Source of the DNA: Octopus vulgaris | Lineage: Eukaryota | Reading direction: 5' to 3' | DNA length: 64,000 nucleotides | NCBI GenBank assembly: GCA_951406725.2 | Contig: OX597814.1 | Location: 126,046,001 to 126,110,000, forward strand | Shown here: one piece after another, positions 14,243-25,021 of the stretch | How the letters are laid out: each line of letters opens with the position of its first letter | How positions within the stretch are numbered: the first letter of the stretch is position 1 | Notes under the pieces: model-generated | The model's input: only the letters and a program-made list of their open reading frames with translations | What the model was told of the DNA's origin: nothing | Database searches by the model: none | Made by a program: the position numbers and the translations under genes

Positions 14243-14690
14243 AATGAACTGTGAACTTATTTCCTTATTTCTTTACTCTCTACTCTTCTGTTTCATCACT
14301 AATTTTCTGCAAATTTTCCATGTCTAAATCTTTTATCTGACTATTTCTATATCTAGATCTATCATATGTTCTCTACTTGTCTCTGATGACAGAATACCCC
14401 ATATTCAGGCATACTTGCCTATCACTTGGAATATCCCAGAAACAGCTGTAAGATCTCAACTAATTTTAAAATAATATAAAATAATGTATATGACTTGAGA
14501 TGCCTGTAATGCCTTGGCATTTGTTGTCTTCTTTCACAAATATATATCTGCTAAATCGGAAACCTAAAATGGATCCATAGCTCCTGTCTTGGTTATGAGC
14601 TTGAAACCCTGATAATCTATTACAGCACTTACACAGCATACCTATTCATTTAGATCACCAGTGAACTAAACCCACATATTCTATATTGTA
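14243..14690 (+). mobile_element. ORF-less hammerhead-bearing repeat, family A, copy 1 (Penelope-derived / retrozyme-like)
   Basis: Colinear similarity to ~39131-39485 (atgaactgtgaact ... hammerhead core ... atgccttggc ... tttagatcaccagtgaactaaacc); flanked by microsatellites. Confidence 0.75.
14379..14454 (+). ncRNA. Type I hammerhead ribozyme motif (family A)
   Basis: gtct-CTGATGA-[49-nt stem II]-GAAA-c-agct-g-TA-agat; stem I gtct/agat (one G.U pair), palindromic stem III, GUA cleavage triplet. Confidence 0.8.
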
Positions 14691-14702
14691 TATACATATA
14701 TA

Positions 14703-14704
<2 letters not shown>

Positions 14705-14755
<51 letters not shown>
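14705..14755. repeat. (TA)n microsatellite
   Basis: Perfect run. Confidence 0.97.
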
Positions 14756-14759
<4 letters not shown>

Positions 14760-14769
14760 ATGCAATATA

Positions 14770-15650
14770 CAAATGGGCTGATTAAAATCATGACCAGTTC
14801 AATGTTGATAAGTTCCAAGCACTCCCCTATTGACCCACAAACAGACTACAATCTACATAGGACCATGGGGTAGTGCAATCCCAGAGTTAGAATCGGATAC
14901 TTGACCTGGAATCCATACGAGCAGTGATGCAGCATTGCATGTGCATATCGCCAGGATGGCAAAACTGTGCAGGCGAGCAGCTAGATGGATCCTTAGGTCA
15001 TTCAAAACCAGAAATAAGGATACCTTGCTACTTCTATAGAGGACATTTGTCCTCAGTCGCCTGGATTACTGCTCCTATCTGTGGTCACCATAGAGCATCA
15101 AATTAATGGAAGAACTTGAGGCAATCCAGCACCACTACACAAACAAGATTGACTCAGTGAAACAGATGAGCTACTGGGAGAAGTTTCAAGAATTGAAGCT
15201 CTACTCCCTGAAGAGAAGGCAAGAAAGGTATGCAGTGATATATATATGGAAGATCCCAGAAGCTCTAACTCCCAACTCTGGAATTAAAAGCTATAACAAC
15301 CTCCAAACTGGATGGCACTGCATAATACCAAAGATAAAGTCTTCTTCATCACAGATAAGGACTCAGTATTGCAACAGCCTGGGTTTCAGAGGACCAAAAC
15401 TGTTTAACATTCTGCCAATGAACCCAAGAGATCTGTATAGGGGTGGAACCATTCAAAAAGCTGAGGGACAAAATTCTATCTGAAATCCCAGATGAGCCCA
15501 TATCACAGCAGAAGGCAGAAATAAGACCAGCTTCATCCAACTTGCTTCTTCACCAAGAACAGTACCAAAAGGAGACCCAAAAACACTTAAAGGCAGTGCT
15601 CCAGCATGGCCCCAGCCTCAGGTTGAAGCGAGTAAAAGAATAAAAGAATA
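14770..15650 (+). mobile_element. 5'-truncated CR1-like LINE, 3' end of ORF2 plus tail
   Basis: EELEAIQHHYTNKIDSVKQMSYWEKFQELKLYSLKRRQERYAVIYIWKI ... SLGFRGPKLFNILP; tail aaggcagtgctccagcatggcc...gtaaaagaataaaagaata. Confidence 0.88.
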
Positions 15651-15718
15651 CATATGTATGTATGTCTGTATACATATATGTATGTATGTATGTATGTATG
15701 TATATATGCATATACATA

Positions 15719-15749
<31 letters not shown>

Positions 15750-16116
15750 TGATAAAAACGATAAGATAACAAAAGAAAGAAAGAGACCTTAATATTATGT
15801 AAATAGAGGAATTTATCTGTAAATGTAATATGTGACAATTATTCGGTAACCAAGATAAAACTCCGAGTTTCGGATGCCGAGGTGGAAATCCACGCCACCA
15901 TCTCTTCAGTTATCCGCCCATTGGAAAAACGGTATGAAAAATTACCGTTATACAAAGGGAAATTACTGTGTTATTGACCGCTATTAAAACAAAAGAGCTA
16001 TTCGAATGACCGCTAAGTAAGGTAAGGGGGTAAAAAGTTCATAGTATTCGCGTAAGCACGCCTGTTCATACCTAAACATGCGCACTCGCACACCCACGTG
16101 CGTATGTATACATTCA
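15750..16116 (-). mobile_element. ORF-less hammerhead-bearing repeat, family B (CpG-retaining, probably young)
   Basis: Begins at a (TA)n tract, has unusually many CpGs for this window and contains a complete hammerhead motif related to 49521-49570. Confidence 0.65.
15854..15914 (-). ncRNA. Type I hammerhead ribozyme motif (family B), complete
   Basis: Minus strand gataa-CTGAAGA-gatg...gtgg attt ccac...catc c-GAAA-ctcggag-TT-ttatc; 5-bp stem I gataa/ttatc, GUU cleavage triplet. Confidence 0.85.
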
Positions 16117-16521
16117 TTCACCAAGAACAGTACCAAAGGCTATGCTCAGCCTTTATAACCACAATAACAGCATGCTTCTTCATTTCTTGAGTTAGCTGAA
16201 GGTCTGCCATTATTATTTTCTGAAAGAAAGATTATACGGAGTTATCAAAAAATGCAGCAATGACCCAAATAAGAATAGAAAAAGTCTTTTACGTTTCAAA
16301 ATGGACACAGAAAAAATAAGGAGAGAAAAAATGTATGTAGTGGCTAACGATCTATCATATATATATGTGTGTGTGTATAAAGTGAGAAAGAGAGATGTAC
16401 ATACATAAATATATACTTGCAGGTGAACACATACATATACATATATATAATAAGAAATTATTATTAAGTCTTTAAGAAAAAGCAGATTAGCTGACCGCAC
16501 ATGCAGTCATATATTATTATT

Positions 16522-17557
16522 AGATGACCTAGCAGAATCATTAGCATGCTAGACGAAATGCTTAGCAGTATTTCGACCATCGCTATGTTCTGAGTTCAAA
16601 TCCTGCCAAGGTCGATTTTGTCTTTCATTTTTTCGGGACCAATAACATAAGTACCAGTTGAGTCAATGTAATTGACTTAGTTCCTCCCACTGAACTTTCT
16701 GACCTTGTGCCAAAATTTGAAACTATTACTATTATTATTAGGGTGGCGAGATGACAGAATCGTTAGCACACTGGGTAAAAGGCTTCATGGCATTTTATCC
16801 ATCTCTACATTCTGAGTTCAAATTCCGCTGAGGTCAACTTTGCTTTTCATCCTTTCAGGGTCTCTCTTTTATTCCCTGTTACTTGTTTCAGTAATTTGAC
16901 TGTGGCCATGCTGGAGCACCGAATTTAGTCGAGCAAATCGATCCTAGGACTTATTCTTTGTAAGCCTAGTACTTATTCTATCGGTCACTTTTGCCGAGCC
17001 GCTAAGTTACGGGGATATAAACACACCAGCATCGGTTGTCAAGCGATGTCGGGGGACAAACATTTGCACACACATATTCATATATGCAACAGGCTTCTTT
17101 CAGTTTCTGTCTACCAAATCCACTCACAAGGCTTTGGTCGGCCCAAGGCTATAGTAGAAGACACTTGCCCAAGGTGCCATGCAGTGGGAATGAACCAGAA
17201 CTATGTGACTGGTAAGCAAACTACTTACCACATAGTCACTCCTGGGGTCAATGTAATCAACTTGTCCCCTCCCCAAATATTTCAGGCCTTTTGCCTTTAG
17301 TAGAAAGAATTACTGTTATTGTTATTAGGTGAGCTGGCAGAATTGTTAGCTTACCAGACAAAATGCTTAGTGAGTGATATTTCATCTATCTTTACATTCT
17401 GAGTTCAAATTCCACTGAGGTCATCTTTGCTTTTCATCCTTTCTGTGTTGATAAAATAAGTACCAGTTGAACCTTGGGACTGGTGTAATTGACTTAACCC
17501 CTCCACTGAAATTGCTAGCCTTGTGCTAAAATTTTGAAATTATTACTATTATTATTA
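16522..17557 (+). mobile_element. Three head-to-tail tRNA-derived SINEs (family S1); the middle copy is interrupted
   Basis: Repeated 'gcagaat..ttagc...aaatgcttag...ttctgagttcaaat.cc...gaggtc...ctttcat...ataagtaccagttg' with (TAT)n tails at ~16522, 16740 and 17327; B-box-like gagttcaaatcc. Confidence 0.88.
16864..17243 (-). mobile_element. tRNA-derived SINE (family S2) nested in an S1 copy
   Basis: Reverse complement of the 21687-22110 element (ggcaccttgggcaagtgtcttctactatagcc ... ggtgctccagcatggccacagtc tail). Confidence 0.9.
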
Positions 17558-19929
17558 GTTTGTCTTTTGAAGAATCACAGATAGTAGTAACAGAGAATCA
17601 GTAAATTACAATGAACTGTATGTGTGTGTGTGCATGCATGCATGCACACACTTGCACATTAGAGTGAACCAAGTTCTACTTGGTTAAGACCTGTTGTTGG
17701 AACAGGTGGTATCTTAACTTGTAATGTTGCTTTCTATCTGAATTTCCTATAACAATAGAAAGAAAAAAGTTAATTAATCTTTCAGATTTTATTTTAATTC
17801 CTTAATCTTATCAGTGGGGATGCTCTTAGATTATTAAATCCATGTTCTTTAACTATGAAAATCATTCTGATGTCTGCTTAAGTTTTATCTTTCTGGGGTT
17901 TTTCTTTTCTCTCTTCTTTATCTGATACTTTTAAAGGACTAAAGTGCTTCTATTCAAACATCTTCATACTTTTATCTTGTCATCTATGCCTTCACAATCA
18001 ATAAAATTCCCTTACCATTTCCCCTTATACACTACTACTACTACCACCTTCCCCTGCCATTTCTAAATCTGTTGTCTTTATGCTCCCTTTTATCAAGATT
18101 ATTTCTACTTTTTCATACCACAGATACTGTCCCATAATTTTCTTTACTTCCTAAGAAACTTCTTTGCTTTATTTTCCCTCCAGCATCCTTCCCCACTTGC
18201 TACTGCTGCTGCAGTGCTCAGGCTGCTAATGCTGCTGCTACTATTGTTGCTCTTGTGGCTGCTGCTGCTGTTCTTCTGTTGTATGCAACAGTTTTCTATC
18301 CTAACTTCTATCACTGCTGACAATCTTCATTACTTCTCCCACTCCCTCCCCTCTCCTCCTCCCCTCTCTCTCCACTTGCCCCATACATGCTGCCTGTTGT
18401 CTTGGCAAAAGGATGAGTCAGACAGAATGAAGCTTCCTGCAGATAATAGTGTGGATATCCAACAGTTGTTCATAGGATTGTCTGGGCCAGTCTCTTCTTT
18501 GACACACAACTTAATATATACTGGCAACTAGGCCCAGAGACTTGTTGAAGACTTTGCCATTATTGGCACCAGTATTTCTACTGGCTTCCATTCCTGCACA
18601 GTGTCTGTAGAAGGAAGCAGGCAGAATGGAAAGGGATTAGATTAAATAGTTAGAGAGAAGGGGACAGTGACAAGAAGAGGGAGAGAAAAGAGAGTGAATG
18701 TGTTTCTGTTTGGATAGGAGTGGAAATATAAACAACAGGGAGGTTAGGGAAGGAGGAAGGAAGAGAAAAAGGAGGAGGAGTTACATGAGATGACATTAAA
18801 GAGAGAGGGGGTGTGTCTTCAGAGAATAAACTGAGTAGAATGATGTCTGTGGGATATTAACTCTGGATTCTCTCCTATGTACACCACCCTAACATTTGTG
18901 TAGCAACTATTGGTGGATGGTGATGATGGATATTGTTGGGCGGTGTTGGGTGGTTTAGTGTGTTTGGTGGATGGGAGTGGGCAGTGATGGTGGTGGGTGG
19001 TTGTGAATGGTGGTAGTTTATGGGAAATGGTGTTCCCTTGTTGCTGTTGTTGTTGTGGCAATGGTGGTGGTGGTGGTGGTGGTGTTGGATGATGAAGAAA
19101 GTAGTGGAATAATGTTGTGTGATGATGGGTGATGGTGGGTGATGATGTATGAAGTATTTCTACTTTGAATCCTGATAGAATTGCAAGCAATTCAATCGGA
19201 ACAGTTGTGATTCTTGAATGTTATACTGTTGTATGAATAAATAAGTCAGCACCAGTTGGGTAGTATTGGTCTTTTACTAAGGAGATATTACCACAAACAA
19301 CCAAACAGAACATGAGGAAAAGATAGTATTTTGGTTATTGATTGGTTTTAGCAACAGCAGCACCAGCAGCAGCTCTAGTAGTAGTAGTAGTAGCAGTAGT
19401 AGCAGCAGCAGCAGTAGTGGTAGGATTCTTCTCTGTACTAAGTTTCTAGCTAAAGACTCATGCATGCTAATCACTGTTGTGACTCAGTCATTCCATCTCA
19501 AAAGGTTTCATGTCCTTCTTCCCCACCACTTCCTAATTTTTTCCCAAACTATTTATTGCTGTCATTAACTGTATTGTTATTTATAGCACAGCTTATTGAG
19601 AACACAGATGATAGGTGGGTGGGTTTAGAGTTATGTTGTTGTTGTTGTTGCTTTGGTGGCTGTGAGATATCCAAGAATATGATGATCATTATAGTATGGT
19701 GGTAGCAGTAGTCATTTGGTGGTCATCATGGTGGTGGCGGAAATACTTGTTGCTGTTGTTTAGTCACAAGTCATTCCTGTTCAGTCAGACGTTATCTCAT
19801 AGGCATTCAAGGGGTGATTTTGCTGTTGTTACCAGCAGGTCAAACAACTGCATACAGGCCCTTTCCTTGACTTGGGATGGGAAGGATCAGTTCTAGAAAT
19901 ATTGATACAGATTGATATGGCAAAATAAT

Positions 19930-19963
19930 GGTGGTAGTGGTAGTGGTGGTGGTGGTGGTGGTG

Positions 19964-20024
<61 letters not shown>
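19930..20024. repeat. (GGT)n(AGT)n compound trinucleotide repeat
   Basis: Direct inspection; lies in a ~2-kb patchwork of triplet repeats (about 18200-20200). Confidence 0.95.
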
Positions 20025-21686
20025 GGTGGTGTTAGTAGTGTTGGCAGTGGTTATAGTGGTGGTATTTGTAGTAGTATTAATAGTTGCAATGCTAATAATA
20101 ATTGGCAATGATAGTAATAAGAAACAGCAGATGTAACAGTATTACTTCTGTTGCTGCTAGCACTGGTGGTGGTGGTGGCGGCAGCAGCGGTGGCAGGGTA
20201 TCAGATATGATTGAGTGGGCGGTTGTAACCCTGACTTATTATCCACATTCACAATTGAACAGGAATAAATGTCAGGAAAAGTTACACAGAAAGCATTAAG
20301 CTGAAATGAGATTTCTGAATAAATGTTGTTATTATTGGCATTGTTGCTGTTATTGTTTAGCCCCAGGTTGACTCTGATCAACATAGAACAACTCTGACCT
20401 TTTGCCCACAACACAGCATATACTGATATATGGGGATTATTATTGTTATTGCTTATCACTAAGTTTGCCTCATTGAGCAGAGAAGATCTGTAATTCAAAA
20501 TGTTCCTGCCATGATTATCACATAATGCTTATACTGTATATTAACCAAAGCCTTACGAGTGATATTAGGTCAGCAAAAACTATGCAGAAGCCCAGTAGAA
20601 AGACCATTCTTGTTCTTTGGGGATAGACATGACTGTTACATAATTTATCATCATTATCTGGTCTTTGGGTACCACTAACAGTCTAGTGTGTTGCAAATAT
20701 TTAGCTCAGGTGTTTGCTCTGAATATAACTTACTCTCTTCCTGCCAGTTTCAGAAGGTCTGAAAAAAAAAAGGGTCATGGATGCTGCCCGTCTTCCTCTA
20801 AGTTACCAAAAAAATAAATAAAATTATATTCTAAGTTGATTGAAAATATTTACCCTTTTTAAAAACTTTCAGAATCAGTTTTCCATAATACTGTTACATA
20901 GAACATTCCATCCTTTTCTAATATCATTATCCTGGCCAGTCTGAGAAGACCAGTAAAAATGTTTAATATCATCATCCTGACTAATTTGAAAACACCAGCA
21001 AAAGTTTTTAATATTTTCCCATGTTTTCTTACTATAACACATAAATATCTGTCACCTTTCGATAAGTATTCTTCTAAGATTCAGAGAGAAAAATTTTATT
21101 ATGAAGACACACTATCTTAATGCTAAGAATCTCTGTTTGGAATGCTGTATCCATGCCATGAAGGTTTTTAAACTTCAAGCTATTGCAAAAAAGAACCTCA
21201 CAGAAAATGTAGACATAGAGACCAAAAGTAGTTTAAATAATAAAAATATAAAATGCCTTCCATAAAGTTTAAACTGAACATTGTTTTGTTTCAGCAGTGC
21301 TAAATGTAAGAATTTTATTCAATACTTCATCAAATCATCAGTGGGCAAAAAAACATACCTTCCTCACTTTAACAGAATCAGTAATACTTCAGACCAAGTA
21401 TTTTGTGATATTTAGCTACATCTCTCTGCCTTTTCAACTTTGCCCTTCATTACACAGGGGTTGATAAAATAAATCATGAATTATATACCCCCTTTCTCCA
21501 ATTTATGGCCCTGAGGCTATGATAAAAATCATTACTAAAGGTACCTGTCTGTACAGAGTACTCTGTCTACACATGACACTTATTAACACTAAGCATCTGT
21601 TTACATATGATTGCCTTTGTCTACATGTGCTACGATGTGAAATGTCCACAAAAAGTACTCAATAATTTCTTAATAAATTATGAATT

Positions 21687-22110
21687 AGGCAGAAGAGTGG
21701 CTGTGTGGTAAGTAGCTTGCTTACGAACCACATGTTTCTGGGTTCATTCCCACTGCATGGCACTTTGGGCAAGTGTCTTCTACTATAGCCTCAGGCCGAC
21801 CAAAGACTTGTGAGTGGATTTGGGAGACAGAAACTGAGAGAAGCCCGTCGTATATATGTATATATATATATGTATGTATGTGTGTGTATATGTTTGTGTG
21901 TCTGTGTTTGTCTCCCCTACCCCTAACATCGCTTGACAAGCGATGGTAGTCTGTTTACGTCTCCGTAACTTAGCGGTTCAGCAAAAGAGACTGATAGAAT
22001 AAGTACTAAGCTTACAAAGAGTAAGTCCTGGGGTCGATTTGCTCGACTAAAGGCAGTGCTCCAGCATGGCCACAATCAAATGACTGAAACAAATAAAATA
22101 GTAAAAGAGA
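21687..22110 (+). mobile_element. tRNA-derived SINE (family S2), full length with internal microsatellite
   Basis: A-box/B-box-like head gtggctgtgtggtaag...gggttcattccc; body gggcaagtgtcttctactatagcc; CR1-like tail aaggcagtgctccagcatggcc. Confidence 0.9.
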
Positions 22111-22425
22111 TCATGGCTTAATGGTTAAGGTATTTGAATCTCAATCATAAGGTCACAAGTTAGATTCCCAGTGGCACATTGTGTCCTTGAGCAAGACACT
22201 TTATTTTACGTTGCTCCGATCCACTCAGTTAGCAAATATGAGTACCACTTGTGATTCAAAAGGCCAGCCCTTGTCATATTCTGTGTCATACTGAATCTCC
22301 TTCAGAACTACATTAAGGGTACACGCATCCATAGAGTGCTCAGCTACTTGCATGTTAATTTTACAAGCAGGCTGTTCTGTTGATTGAATCAATGAAACAC
22401 TTGTCGTCATCGCCAACAGAGAACA
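22111..22425 (+). mobile_element. tRNA-derived SINE (family S3)
   Basis: Head atggcttaatggttaagg...gattccc, then tgtgtccttgagcaagacac; body matches the reverse complement of 60380-60530. Confidence 0.8.
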
Positions 22426-24249
22426 GGCTGAAGCAGTATAAATTTGCTTGAAATTTATTTAAATGAATTACCATTTTATGATGCAGGTATTATGGCTCAT
22501 ATTTATGAAGTTTGCTTCACAACCATTTGGTCCTAAAATATGATCACACTGTATAGCATTTTAGGAAATACCTTATAAAGCAAACTTGTGTCAAGTAAAG
22601 TTGTGAAAATGAAATTTAAGAGATGGAAACTGTGAGGAACCCAATCATATATTTATTTTTGCATGTACATAGATCAGTATGAAATAAGGAAATCAGTGCA
22701 TTAAATTCCTCATTTTATTTATTTCTGCCCATGTTTTATCCGCTTACACCAAGATCAACTTGCCTTTCGTTCCTTATGAGACTGATGAAATAAAAGAGAA
22801 AGTACTGAGTTCTATAATATAAATAACTAAAACACTTGAAGATAATGCCTCAGTATGGCCACAATCCTATGGATAAAGCAATAAAAAAGAAAAGTAAGCC
22901 ATAATTAAGATTCTGCTAGAAGTTTCATCCATATTTTAAGTACATTTATCCTCGGTTCTTAGAACATCCATTAGCCTCTATTAATGGCTATGGTTTCATA
23001 AATGCAGATATATTCAGATTATAGAAACTTTTCTGTTCTGTTGAAGCTATTATGTAAATTCATGAGATATTTAGATTGAAAAATAATGTTTAACTTATAT
23101 CAAGACTATGAGAAAAGACCAAGATATATCAAAAATGTTCTGTATGACATTCTTTTCCTTTTTCAAGTCATTTCATATTAATAGTTTTAAATTTTTGTTC
23201 ACCCTCCAACAAAATATTTACTGCTCACATTTTCTTTACACAAATATACATTGATATGTGTGTGTTGCAAGTTTAGCGATGAGGGTAGGGAGAGATGGTG
23301 GAATGAAATATCGAGGACGATACAAAAGGAAAGAATTGGTAATCATTAAAATAAAGAGAAAATGAAATTACTTGGAAATCGGAATGAGAGATGTCAGCTA
23401 AGACTTGCAGCCAACTATTATACTGATGAACACCCACATATGTATGTATGTATGTATGTATGTATGCATGTATGCATGCATGCATGCACACATGCACACA
23501 CACACACACACATACACACACACATGTATACCATCATAGAATGCATCATCATCATCATCATCATCGTTTTAACATTCCTTTTTCCCATGCTTGAATGGAT
23601 CACATGGAATGTGTTGGGGCACATATTCTATGGCTTGGATGCCTTTCCAGTCACCAACACACCTGTTTCCAAGCAAGGTAATAATCCCCTAGTCTGTTGA
23701 ATAACAAACAACTTGACTATAACCTTACTTGAATGAGACTTTTGTTTACAAACATTGTGCAACATGCAAAGACATACCAACAAGCTTAGACATGCTTTTT
23801 CAGCTGACTGCAAGAAAAGGACACCATCTATATTGACAGCAAGGCTGTTGTACATAGTCATCAAACACAAAATTGAGGGGAATACAAACTTACACAAACA
23901 CACATTTACACAATTTCATAGACATACTGTTGCCCCCAGCCAACCAAAGTCTCATGAGAGGATTTGAGAGCGAGAAACTGGAAGAAGTCTGTTGTATATG
24001 TATAAATATATATACAGGATGTTTGGGTTAAATTTGACAGTTTGTTAAAAGGAAAAGAAAACAAATATTCCATCCAAAAATAAAAGTATTTTAAAAAATC
24101 AAAAAGTATCAACTAGAATGTGGCTGGAAGATAACAGTTTACTTGAAGTAGCTGCCCTCAACTTCTACCATGAGTTAGTTTCAATATGAGTTAGTTTCAA
24201 AGAGTTCTGAGATTAGTTATGTTTAATATAAGATAAGTTATTTACCTGA

Positions 24250-24445
24250 GTTTTAACATCATCTTCTTCGAAATAGTCACCTTGTGCAACAATACACCAG
24301 TCCTAGTGTTTCTGCCACTTTTGGAATCTGTCCTGGGAGTTGTTTTCTGTGAGTGAGCCGAGGACCTTCTGCGATCCACTCTTGATCTTGACAATGACCT
24401 CCTTTGAGCTGCATTTTCATCTTACAGAAGAAATGAAAGTTTATT
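24250..24445 (-). mobile_element. mariner transposase C-terminal fragment
   Basis: Minus strand ...FCKMKMQLKG... and DRFQKWQKH*DWCIVAQGDYFEE (cf. WxxRWxKCIxxxGDYFE). Confidence 0.75.
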
Positions 24446-24654
24446 AGTCCTCTGTTGTTTCAAAATAAATGCATTTACATTCATATACACACACATATAT
24501 GTATTATAAATAATTTGCCATCATTGTCATTTTCACATCCACCTCCATACTCACATGGATCAGCTAGAATTTTCTACAAACAGATGCCTTCTTGTTTATA
24601 TACATACATGTGTGTGTATACATACATACGTATATATATATATATATTATTTTA

Positions 24655-24950
24655 AACACCGGTGCCATGTAAAAGTACTAGCACCACATAAAAGCACCCA
24701 TGCAGCGATATGTAAAAGACCCATGCAATGCCACATAAAAGCACCCATGCAGCGATATGTAAAAGACCCATGCAATGCCACATAAAAGCACCCAGCACAC
24801 TTTGTAAAGTGGTTCATATTAGGAAGGGCATCCAGCCATAGAAACCATGTCAAATCAGACTGGAGTCTGGTACAGCTCCCCAACTTGCCAGCTCTGGTCA
24901 AACCATCAAAACCATGCCAGCATGGACAACAGATGTTAAATGATGATGAG
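24655..24950 (+). mobile_element. SINE-like repeat (family S4) with internal tandem expansion
   Basis: taggaagggcatccagcc.tagaaacc...ccagcatgga...gttaaatgatgatg; internal 47-bp unit repeated about 2.4 times. Confidence 0.85.
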
Positions 24951-25021
24951 GATAAATTCAAAATTGGTTGATTTTTCTCCTCAAATCCTATGGAATTGTC
25001 AATGACACTGGTATGCATGTA

